Shown here one piece after another: positions 1-12,400 of a DNA stretch of 64,000 bases. Each line of letters opens with the position of its first letter. The first letter of the stretch is position 1. The translations under genes and the position numbers were made by a program. Under the pieces are notes generated by a model, which saw only the letters and a program-made list of their open reading frames with translations, was not told the DNA's origin and did not search any database. Source of the stretch: Intoshia linei (lineage: Eukaryota > Animalia > Orthonectida); contig LWCA01000023.1 in NCBI GenBank assembly GCA_001642005.1, forward strand, positions 1 to 64,000, read 5' to 3'.

Positions 1-79
1 ATATACAATGTATATTATTCATATACATGTATTAACAATTTATTTTTATAATTAATTTTATTATATTTTTAATTAACAG

Positions 80-3000
80 AATTACCCCAATTATGGACTT
101 TGTATTCCTTATAAATGTGCTAATGATTTGGTTAATAACGTATACATGTTTCGTCACGTTACAGATATCTTAGGTAATGTATTTTTAATAAATGTATTAT
201 TTTACAATGTGTGACTATGTCTAATATTTTAGTGTAAGTGTAATGTAGTTTTAATTTAAATTTTAAACAAAATGTTTTGGAAATGCAAATTTAAGATTTA
301 AAATTTGTTATTTGAAAAATATTGGTGGATAATATATTAAAAATTATTTTTCATCGGCAATACGTAGATTTCTCGGGTTAAACTTTTGTATTTATATAAA
401 CTGGAATAAGCTCTATCAGAATAATATATATTTTTTTTAAATTTTCGGACCGTTAATTATTTCACATTTTTTTTAATAAAATATTTCGAAAAAAAAAATA
501 TGTATATCAAAATGCTTTTTTGACCGTGAAGTCGTCACTTATTCCGATTGAAATTTTCTGTGTGTGTTAAAAGGATACAACTGTACCACCTGTAAATTTT
601 TTAAATTCTAGGGCTGTTTTCATAAAAAAAGGTAATTTAGGGTTTTGGCCCTGAAAATATAATTTTTTTAAATTTAAATTTATGATAATGTTTATGATTT
701 TAAAATCCGTATCAGCGTATATATTTTTTTAAATTCTCGAACTCGTTTGATTTTCAAAAAAAAGACAATTGGGATATATATTTTTTTAAATTCTCCAACT
801 CGTTTGATTTTCAAAAAGAGGGACAATTTTTTAAATTCTTAACTTGTATGATTATCAAAAAAAAAGACAATTAGAGTTTTTGACCCGTAAGGTGTAAGTT
901 TTGGAGGTTGAAATTTATCTTATTATCACCGGAAAAAACTGTAATTGAAATGGGGACTTTATAAAATTCTAAGAATGGTAGTTATTGAAATAAAGTGGAA
1001 CACACACACACACACAAACAAATATTGCGTAACATATTATATAAGTAAGGATATTTGTAAATATATAATCACTGTTATTATTAGTCATATTTTTATTCAC
1101 AATTTGTCAAAAAGTCAAAAATTTATCAAATTTCTAGTTATATTAATAAATATGGTTCAATAGCAGGGGTGTCAATTATGCGGCTTCCAATTATGGAATG
1201 TGGGGCCCGCATTATTATATAAATTTTTATTTTTTATAACAATTTTTTACTCATATTTCTTATTTTACATTTTTTTCATATATTTTCCATAATTTATTTA
1301 TTCATTATTACAATTTTAACATTATTTATACACTTAGTCCATTTTTATTGTTTTATATTTTATTTTATGAATTAAAATTATTATAAATTAATTAAATCTG
1401 TTAGTTTTAACATAATTTTTTGAGTAAAGATTTTTTTTCACATTTGGTCCGCCAATAAAATTGAGTCTTACATCCCTGTTCAATAGTAATTTAAAAAATT
1501 TTAATTATAATGCAATTTTATTATTTATCATAAATTTTAGTTTTCGCGGAATGTCGATCAAATGAACAATTTAAATATGAAGATTTAACAGATCGTCAAA
1601 TTTCTATGATGTACGTTTTACAATATATTATAATATAAAAAGCCATATAAGTATGTCTGGTACCAGTCCGGTTAAATTTAATTCTAATATTCTAAAACTG
1701 TTAATTAAATTTAGGATACACGATTAAAAAAATCAAGTGTCCTACTCCTGATGTATATATTTTATAAGCTCATTCAGAAATTTGCACCGTTTCCGACAGA
1801 TAGGAAAATTTTATAATTTTAATAGTTTCGTGTGCTCTAAATTTATCCTTTATATACTTGTATATAAAATTGAATGTCAATTTGTATGCTTAGCGTAAAA
1901 AATTCAGCATTCTAGAATCTTAAAAAACCCCAATTTCCAACTGTTCTTTGAGAGTGATATTTTATCGCAAATTTGATTTTAAGAAATTGGGGCCTTAATG
2001 GTCAAAATTTTAAATTTTCCTTATTACAATTAAAATAGTCCCATTATTTTAAAAAAACATTATGAGCCATATTTAAATTAATACGGTTTTTATTCTACAA
2101 AAATGTATAATTTACATAAAAATAAGTTGATGGTAAAAATGAAACTATTTTTCATAAAAATGTTATTTCATTGTGGGCAAGATGATGCAGGATTAGTGAT
2201 ATTATTACTAAAGGGATATTTTATGTTTGTAATTATAATTATTATTGACAATACATTTAAACATTTTTATTTTTTATTTTAGACTGATTTTTGGCTTAAT
2301 ACTTTTAATCGAAATATTATGTACTATTTATGGTATCATTGATATTTACACAAAAAAATGTAAGTTTTTCGTAAAATGTAAAATAAAAAATAAATAAATT
2401 TATGAATCATGATTCAATCCAACTAGAGCTTTTCAACTGGTACGGCAAACAAACCATGTTTCATTTCAATAGGTTTTCATTTATGTAAATTTTTGGTTTT
2501 TATTATACTCGAAAAAATAAATTTCGCTAAAACCCTACAATTTTACAAATCACTGGTAAAATTTACTATATCAATTGTAAATCTCCATAAATCTTCACTA
2601 ACGTTACTAATAATTAATAATAAATAATTAATAATTAATAATGATTCAATATAATAACATTTAAAACCACACTTCATTAAGAAATTTATCTAATTAGTAA
2701 TTACATTACCTAATTAATTATACAATTGTATAATTTAGTCAAGCTCCGTCCTTACATTTTGTCATTTTCAATTATACATAACATTAAATTGTTGTATACA
2801 ACAAACGATCCACCATCAGCCGATAAAAATTCTCAAATTACTTGCATATATGGCATCCGACTAATTGGATGTTTTGGAATTATCTATGGTCATTATGTTT
2901 CCGATAGAATGTCCAATTCACGTATTTAATTCGATTGTTTATCTGATTATTTGGATATTAATGTAATGTTTCCCCAACACTTGAAAGAGTGCTTTTGGCC

Positions 3001-6000
3001 CTAAAGTTTAGGGTACATTTTTTAGATAATCAATAAAATTCATCACATTTTTTCTAAAAAAAATCTTCTATTGTGATACTGTTTATAAACATAAATACAA
3101 ATTATTACCTTAAAATACAAATATACTAAATTTTTGGTAGTATAATTCTAATAAAATTAAAATATCATTATATTGTTACAGCTAATTATATTAATGTAGC
3201 TAATCCATTATCAATGCCGAAACAATTTCAACAATCTCCTTTTATTCTAGTAGCATTTTCAAATTTTTATCAAGTGGATACATTTTTTGCCATGTCGTAA
3301 ATATTTCTATTGTTATAGATTTGTATTTTTTAACCAGTTTTATATCATGAGTCATGAGTCTATTTTAGTATATATCTATATATTATATTTTAGATCACTT
3401 CTTGTTTCATACACCTTATTGAGGAAATTTGATAGAAATAAATCAATTTTAAAAATAGGTTGGTTCATGCATTACTTCAAACGACTCGTAAAGTAATTTT
3501 CATCATATAATACATTTCATGGAAAATATAATACATGTCGTAATCTTAGCATAATTTCCATATATTTGAGAATACATAAAACATATTTTTAATAATAAAA
3601 TCTGCATTTTTGTGTCTATAGCCGATCATTTCTTTTCATAACCATGTAGTTTATTGTTAGTTAGTTCGACATTAATTTTTTTTAAATTTCAATAAAAATT
3701 TGAAGTTCATATTATTATTATAAATAAGCATATTTAGAGTCGCAAAAGTATCATATTAATCATAATATCCTTTGTAAATAATAAAATAATCATTTTTAAA
3801 AAACTGTCATGTGGCTATAATGAATATACTAGGATGCTGTTTGTCCAAAGTACAGCGAACAGTAAGTAACAATGATAGCTAGTAAATTAAATAAATCATT
3901 TTTCTGGTGACAAACGCGTTTCTATTTTTCTAAAATTGCATAGAATAATAATAAGTTGTTAATATTTTATTATACTATCAAACTATTTTAGTTGCATTAT
4001 ATTTTATTTGCAAAATAGTATTTAGAAAATATTTTCATATTAATTATTTTATTTTATTTCTTCCTTCGAATTTTTGAAACTACATAAAAAAAATTTAATT
4101 AATTTTTTTATCCAACTATTCGTCAATAAGTGCATTCAATTTATATTTTTTAAGTTATATGAAAAAACCAATTAATTGAAAAATAAATATTTAGCAAACA
4201 ATTAATTGGTTTATACAAAATAATTGATTATATTAATAAATTAAGCAATCAATTATTTCCAATCCCTGGTCATGACCCTCTTGATAACTAAAATGGATTT
4301 CCACGCTTCGTTTAATGTATCAATATTTATCAATAGTATTATACATGTATTAGTAATATTGCTATCAGTTGTTAATATTAACAACTAATAATAATAATAT
4401 TAAATGAATATAATAATATAAAAAGTATAATAAATCGGTAGTAGATACTAAAAATAAATATAAGTTCAAGTTAAAACGGGAAATTTTAAATCGCTGAGTA
4501 GTCCGATGTTTTTGCAATAATATTAAAAATAAAAATCATAGAGGTTAGTTTTAACTCATTTCTCATGCCGTACGTACTTGCATTTTTTTAATTTCTTAAA
4601 TTCAATCAAAATGGTAACACCTTATTGTATATACAATATATAATGTATATTATTCATATACATGTATTAACAATTTATTTTTATAATAAATTTTATATTT
4701 TTAATTAACAGAATTATCCCTATTATGGACATTATTAACATTTTGTACATACATGTTTATTATTTGAGAATATATTAAATTAAGATATTTTAGATTGTTG
4801 CCATTGTATTACCTTGTTTTGGTGTTTTATTTGGCTTTTGTAATAGATTATGGACGTGGCTATAATTTTGACCATTCAATAAATATGATTTATAATTGTG
4901 AAAAATCAGCTTGGAAAAATTTCTTTTTTATTCAAACCATATACGATATAGCTAGTCCTCCAGTAAATGTTTTATTGTTAAAAACTTTCGATTTTTGGTT
5001 AGTTAATATAAAAGTAGAGACTAATTCCTATTTAACTGAATTTGTCGTTAACGAAAAAACATTCCTGATTAACGGACGGTGAATTTTTCTAAAGTACAAC
5101 AATTCGATTAAATTTTGATTTAAAATGACTAGCATCATAATCATAATTAAAGCTTTAGACGTGTAAAAAAATTTATTTTTTTCTTGATTAATGATGATAA
5201 TAGTGGTTAATTATTAATTATATAAAATGAAATTACCTGCAAATATAGGTTAAGTGGAATAAAAATCAAAATATTTTCATTTCTTCATTATTTTAATGCA
5301 ATGATTCCCGGTTCAAATAGAATAAGAACCCCATTTCAAAATATTTATTTTTTTGGACCTTAATGACTAATGGTACTCTTACTCTAGTACCTTAGTGACT
5401 TACCTTAAACCTTAAATATAAAACATTGATGAAAAAATGAAAAATTTTTAATCATAGGATTTAGTAAAATTATGTTTTTCAAAAAAATATTGGACAAAGA
5501 GGATATATTTCCCTTAAGCGTTGGTAATATTGGAGTTTTTATATGAGGTTGGAATAAGAAGTTTTTCTCATAAGCTTTAGTAAAATCGTGTCTTCAAAAA
5601 AATATTGAAAACAGGTATTTTTCCCTTAAAAATTTGTAAAATTGAATTTTTTATTTGATGCTTTGATAAAGTGGATTTTTCAAAAAAATATCAGTAAACG
5701 TCAATTTTTTCATGAGGGCTTGAAATGGTATTTTTTATTAAATTTTATTAATGGGTGGGATAAAAGTGGAATAAAAAAAATTCATCAAAATTTTTTTATA
5801 TTTTATGTAAATCTCACGAACCTCAGCCACATAATTTTGGTTCCCAATCGGGAACCACTGTTTTAATGTATACATTATTTATAAAAAATTCCTCCTTAAC
5901 CGAATGAGATTTTTTTCAAGACCAATTATTTCGTTAACAAGGAATTAGTCTGTCTAATTTAGTGGTTCTCAACTGGGAAATTTATCGTTCAAGAAGATAA

Positions 6001-9000
6001 AATTTTTAAATGTTCTGTGTAATGTAAAAAATGTCTAGTTTCTCCATGACTATAATTTTTGTCACTATGTTTGACAACGTGTTATTTATATACCAAATGA
6101 TGAAACGTTTCAGCACGTTAATGGTGTCATCATTTTGATATCATAAAATAGGGTATATTCATTTCTTAATTATGAATCCCATGATGACTCAAACTAAACA
6201 CATTGTGGAATGTACATTTCCGTATCACGTTATAATTAGGACCCGAATATTGAATAGCAGTCTTTAACTAAATTTAATCCGAAAAATTATATTCATATAA
6301 ACTGGGTGAACTGGGTACACCGTGCATGATTACAAGTATACGGTAAGGGAAGAATGACCCTTAAAAAGTTGAGAATCACTGATATTCTGTATAATAATTA
6401 TAATTATTATTAGTAATAAATTCCTTAATTTGATTTAATTTTACAATGTAAATGTATATAAAATTAGTGCTTGCGATGGCTGTGGTTTGTTGCCTCGGAT
6501 TTACAAATGTTTTTGTTTGCACCCATAATAATTATAATTTTATACAAGTAATATTTTTAACATTTCACACATGTCAATTTATAAATACATGTATTATAAA
6601 AATTAAAAAATTTTTTAATTAGTGTTTCTCAATTTTAGAAACTGACAAATACGTAGTTTATCAAAAATACGAGGGTAATGAACACTGTTTATAGTCATTA
6701 AACAAAGTGAACATTGGTTACACTATCTTAGATAATATGTATTTGGAGTAACAACAGATACTATGATATATTTTTCAGTTAGTATTCTACACTTTTAAAG
6801 AATTACAAAACATCTTTTCATAAAAATTTTTATCAACTATACCACAAAATTTTTTCACTCTAATGGAATTGATATGCAAAAAGTTGAGAACCACTGATTT
6901 AAGTTTTAATACATTAAACATTAAAAATAATTAAATTATAGATACTTTATATTTGGACTAATCATTTCATCAATTATATCATTAGGTGCACTGTTTCAAA
7001 TGGCTTATTTAACTTTTATAAATGAGTTACCAACTTATATGGGATTTGAAATTTTTTCTTCACCTAAAATGTAATTATAAGTACAATTTATATATAATTT
7101 ATTAACATAAATTTATAACACTATTCTCTACCTTTAACTTTCACATCTTTTTAATTTTGATATCACTTTCTGATTAACGTTTATTTTTCAGAAAAATTTA
7201 AATTGGCAACTATTATACTGCGGTCAGGACATTTATACTAATATAATATACTCGAAAATAGTATATTACGATTATGATAAGTCAATTTTTAATGTTTTAA
7301 CATTAGTCGAAATTTTTAACATGGTACATTTTTGTTTTATCTAATTCGCGGATTTTTATTTAGAGCTTATTAGGACACATAATTAAAAAGTTTGTATCAG
7401 TGTTAATATCATATATCTAAAGTCGAAACGAGCAAACTCGAGTCCACCTCGAAAATGAAAAATAGACCTTTTAAAAAAATTCACAAAAAATTCGTATTGT
7501 CAGAAGCCCTAAGCCATCTCTGTAAAAATCTTGAGTTTACATTTTAAATTTAACACACTAAATTATGATATTCAAGAATATAATTATTGAGTATTCAATT
7601 TGGTAAAATGAAGCCTACACCTCCCATCTCCCCCCTCGAAGAGGGTTACGGATACGGTAGGTTCGGCAAGGCATATAAATTTATGTCTCAATTTTTTTAA
7701 TATAGGTTTGATATGGTAATAAATATATACTATCCGACCGTAGCTCATGTTCATTCCTATCTTTTCGGGATAATTTGTGGTTATCTCATTTATAGAAATA
7801 AAACAAACAAGCCATGGATTATGTCAAAGGTTTACTTTAATTTAAAAATATGACTCACTAAAAAGATATGATTTTTAATTGATCTAAAATTTAGTTAATG
7901 TTGTACATTTCTTGGGCAATTTTTCTTTTTTCAATATTTACATATTTTTACATGTGCGACGGTTTATTTCGCAAGAAAACTACACCAATGTTTAATGCTG
8001 TGTATAATTCGACTGTTCCATTTTTTTGGAGTTTATTTGTATGTTGGTTCATCTACATTTGTTCTACATCGAATTGTGGTAAAATTATAATTATAATCAT
8101 TAATACAAAACTATGTACAATAGGGCTATTCCAATTTGGATTTTTTTGAAATGTAAAAATGGCATATATAGACAATGATCTCCATTTAATTTGATGTAGA
8201 ATAATATAAATATTTTTTGTTTTTTTCACAAAAAACCTCCACGTCTTTATGTTTTTTCTGTTTTCCTAACATTTTTTTTACCTTAGTTTTCATTCATTTG
8301 TTTAATTTTAAGGTATAACATAGATCATGTGACACTAATCATATTAATTAAAAAAAATCAAAAAAAAATGGCATAATTAAGACACAGTTCACGGACAAAC
8401 TTTTTATCATTTTTAAAAAAATTATATAAATTAAAATACAAAAAAAGACATAAACGATAATATAAAAGATATAAATTAAATACAAAAAAAGACATATGAA
8501 TTTATATGAACTGGGTTAAAATATTTTAAATGCTTCTACTCAAATATTTTTTTAAGTACTATTGTAAAAAAATAATTTTGTTAAGTTTATAATATGATAA
8601 AATTTTAAGAGTAAAACGAATTTAACTATGATAAAATTATATAGAATACTATAAAATTAAATATAGAGAAAATGCAAAACAATTTTTTTTAATTTAAAAT
8701 TTCATGTAATAATGTAGGGTCGCCAGATTATACAATTATAACTCCAACCTACTTGTGATATACGTTGCGACCCTGCTTAAATTATACTTTAACACTGCAT
8801 AAATATTTGCATTTTCGATTTTATAAATTTAAAATATTTCAATTAAAATTTTGATAAATATTTAATTTTTAGATTGGCTCAATGATTTATTTTCCAATAG
8901 ATATGCTAAAGTTTTGAGTAGATTAACTTTCAGTATGTACATTACACATCCCTTTGTATACAAGTATTTGTATATGAATATGCCTCAACCAGTCTATTTT

Positions 9001-9375
9001 GATATGGGAACTGAACACGTAATTTTAAATTGATAACATACCTGAGTAAAGACTGATTTTGTTATGATATTTACCCGAGGCATACAACATACTTAAACAA
9101 TGATTAATTAATAAGAATTAAACCTTGACATCATTAGAAAGAAGGTTAAAACCTGTAGAACCAATAAGTTGTGCATTTCACTACTCAAAATTGAATTCAA
9201 TTACATTCAATTGTATTAATAAAAATTCATACAATATATTTAGTTTATATTTTACTTTGGATTGGTTTTTTTAAATATAATACTGTCGACACTCGTAACA
9301 TCAATGATTTTAATGCCAATTGGTAACATTATGGCATTATTACACAGTCCAAAACAGAAAATGAAAAAACTATAA
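80..9375 (+). CDS. NRF-6-like membrane O-acyltransferase (NRF domain + acyltransferase-3), paralog 1; multi-exon, 5' exons upstream of the window
   Basis: GT-AG exons starting near 80, 1541, 2283, 2739, 3182, 3394, 4794, 6468, 6942, 7706, 7895, 8873 and 9244 splice into NYGLCIPYKC, ITCIYGIR, VDTFFAMS, WLWFVASDLQMF, YYPT...YLFGIICGY and LSRLTFSMYITHP; stop TAA 9373-9375. Confidence 0.85.
245..1051 (-). mobile_element. Non-autonomous Helitron-like element (3'-truncated copy)
   Basis: Minus-strand 5' end A^TCCTTACTTATATAATATG followed by an AC/GT microsatellite; aligns by eye to 11340-12180 and 46862-47410; about three internal ~55-bp subrepeats at 715-880. Confidence 0.7.
1164..1478. mobile_element. 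hAT MITE
   Basis: Termini CAGGGGTGT / ACATCCCTG; perfect 8-bp TSD TTCAATAG (1156-1163, 1479-1486). Confidence 0.85.
3915..4268 (-). mobile_element. Partial inverted copy of the CAGGGATTGGAA MITE family
   Basis: Ends in CCAATCCCTG; internal sequence is the reverse complement of 29690-30100. Confidence 0.7.
5017..5952. mobile_element. Tc1/pogo-like MITE remnant hosting a hAT MITE
   Basis: Inverted ends TAGAGACTAATTCCT (~5015) and AGGAATTAGTCTGT (~5940-5953). Confidence 0.5.
5299..5860. mobile_element. hAT (Buster/Charlie-type) MITE
   Basis: TIR CAATGATTCCCG / CGGGAACCACTG; perfect TSD TTTTAATG; internal degenerate tandem repeats; truncated relative starts at 12831. Confidence 0.85.
5960..6896. 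mobile_element. Two degenerate hAT MITEs (5960-6381 and 6620-6896)
   Basis: Paired AGTGGTTCTCAAC / GTTGAGAA(T/C)CACTG-type termini; TSDs not conserved. Confidence 0.55.
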
Positions 9376-9420
9376 TATACATGTATGACATAATATTTGT
9401 TTAAAAATAAACATTTTTTC

Positions 9421-12400
9421 ATGATTATTGTATTTTTCATATTATTATCCTCTTCGTCGATTTACTCCAAATTTAATTTGAACAATGAGTGTACCACTGC
9501 AATATCGGAAATTTTATCAAATTTTACTTTGACATGGCAAGGTTTTTTTGTATATTTTCCTATAAAAATTTTAACTTTTCATTTAGTTCTTGATGCACTA
9601 GGAAAACCACCATCTGGCATTGGTCTACGAAATTACAAAATGTACGGATCATTTGAAATTTGTTATAATTTACGCTTTGAAAAAAACTCGAAAAATGAAA
9701 ATTTTGGTTTCAAATATTGTCAATTTGTTATTGATGATAATCAGTCTTTAGTAATGTATAATTAAATTATAATATATTCAGAATACAGTTATTTTACTAC
9801 GAAGAATTTAATTAAATTTAGAATTTTCCAAAATATGGAGCATGTTTGCCGGAAAAATGTGTTAATTATATAGAGAATCACAGTAAAAAAATGACGTTTC
9901 TCAATAAAAAAGGTAATATTAAAGATTACTAGTTGTACATTATTTTTGAAATTGGCCGTAATGAATGTTGAAATTTAGTAATTTTCGATTGTCTGCCAAA
10001 TTTGGAAATTGGAGGATACGAAGGATTCACTTTTGTTCATATATTATTGATGTATACCTTAATTTACATTTTCAATTTTTGTTAAATTCATGAAATTAGC
10101 ATTTTATTCGCTTTGATAATGACACTACAATCTATTTCCTCAATTAATGATTTGTATTGCCGATATTTTGAAAGTAATTTTTCGAAATTAGATTCAAATT
10201 TTTATATACAGAAAAGCAAAACAAAATAGTCAATGCTTTGTCAATTATAAGTAACATGGAATCACTATTTGATACTAGTGATCGCACCGATACGCCTCAA
10301 ATACATTGTCTTCATGGCTTGCGTACAATTGGAAAATACGGAATTATTTATGGTCACTATTTGTTAGATTATATTTGGATCGCACGTAATTTTTTTAACT
10401 TACTTTATAAAAATGTAAAAGCTGCAGGTTTATAAAATAAATAAAAGTTTTATAGCCAATGAAAATTCTATGCTTCCATTTACAACTAAACCATATGTAC
10501 TATTGTATTATTCCAATTTCTATCAAGTTGATACTTTCTTTGTCATGTCGTAATTTTTTAAACATTTAATGTACCTGTAATAGTGTACCTGTAGTGTTCT
10601 GAGACTGATAAAAAATCATCTTTCAATTTTATATAGCGTCGGCAAGGTTGAGAAACATTGTTACGTTGAAAACCAAAATAAAAAATTTTATATGTATATT
10701 ACAATACATAGTATGTATTACATATACTATATTATTTGTATTTGTAAATTAAATAAAAAGAATTAGATTAGATGTAAAACGTGTATTATAATAATTATAA
10801 TGATCATATTAGAGGATTCCTTGTATCTTATACGTTATTTCGTTATCTTGCTAAATTTGGTAGTTACAAAAAAATAAATTGGAAATTGTATTATATAGGA
10901 AGGTTTGTCAAGTAATTTAAATTTAATGATTATTTTAATTTAAATTTATTATAGATTACTACCCATGTATTATGCAAGTTTATTATTTTTGGCATATTTT
11001 TTGTACAAAATGTATGATGGAGTAGAATTTGTCATGTACAACTTTTATCAAAGAATGATTAACTATACACTTTGGAAAAATTTTTTATTGATACAAAACA
11101 TTATTCAACCTGAAAACTCTCTAGTAATGTATAATATATTAGTTAAATCTATAATCAATAATTATAGACACATGTATTATAGTTGTATGTTAATATTATA
11201 ATCATTATTATAATATAACTAGATTGACTGTTATGTACTACGTACAAACAGCACCTAGCTTTGACGTTTAATTACCAATATTGCAAAGGATTGTACTAAA
11301 TATAAAAATTATAATAACATAGTTGTATTACTTTTAGTAATCTTGTTGTAGTTTTAATTTAAATTGCAAAAAAAAATTTTTGGTAATGGGAATTTTAAAT
11401 TTAAAAATTGTGTAGCAATGAAAAAAATTCTAAAGGAGTGAATTATATAGATTTTCACTTTTATTTCTTTATTGGAAATGGGTAGACGTTCAATGCACAT
11501 TTTTTTTTAAATTGTAGGATCAATATTTACCTTTTTTAATTGTTATTTTAATCGAAATATTTTAAAAATATTGGTTGATAATATATTAAAAATTATTTTT
11601 TCATCGGGAATGCGTAGATTCCTCGGGTTACTTTTGCATTTATATCCACTGGAATAAGCTCTATCAGAATAATTTTTTTTTGTAATTTTTGGGACTGTTA
11701 ATTATTTCACATTTTTTGTTTTAATAAAATATTTTGGAAAAAAATATATAAATACTAAAATGCTTTTTTCACCGTGAAGGTGTCACTTATTCAGATTGAA
11801 ATTTTTTTGTGTGTGTTAACAGGATACAACTGTACCACCTGTAAATTTTTTTACATTTTAGGGCTGTTTTCATTAAAAAAAAGGGTAATTTGTGGTTTTG
11901 GCCTTGAAGATGTAATTTTTTTAAATTTAAATTTATGATTTTAAAATAAGCATTAGAGTATATATTTTTTTAAATTCTCGACTTGTTTGATTTTCGAAAA
12001 AAGGACAATTGGGGTTTTTGACCCGTAAGATGTGAGTTTGGGAAGTTGAAATTTATTTTGCTAACACCCCCGGAAAACCTGTAATGGAAATGTGGACTTT
12101 ATAAAGTTTTAAGACTGGTAGTTATTGAAATAAACGGTAACACACATCTACACAAAAAATATTGCATAGCATACAATATACATTAGCGGTGTAAACGAAT
12201 TTTTATATCAAAAGTGCACCCTTCCACCATATGAAAATTTTGAAAATATTCAATTTGCACCCAATCTTATTTCTCAAATGTTAAAAAAACCCTGGGGCAT
12301 CGCCTCTAAAGTTTTAAACAATATATCGCTCACAGTAACTAATATATGACAATTTTTTTAAAAACATTATTTTAAATATAAACATTTTTATACAAATAAC

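Noticed and set aside
945-1163. Short ORFs in repeats (also 5642, 25598, 38143, 46959, 56436, 59225)
   Set aside because: They lie in or across MITE or Helitron copies and have low-complexity F/I/K/N composition.
8715-8775. 61-bp mini inverted-repeat element (AGGGTCGC / GCGACCCT)
   Set aside because: No TSD and no clear second copy were seen; too weak to call.
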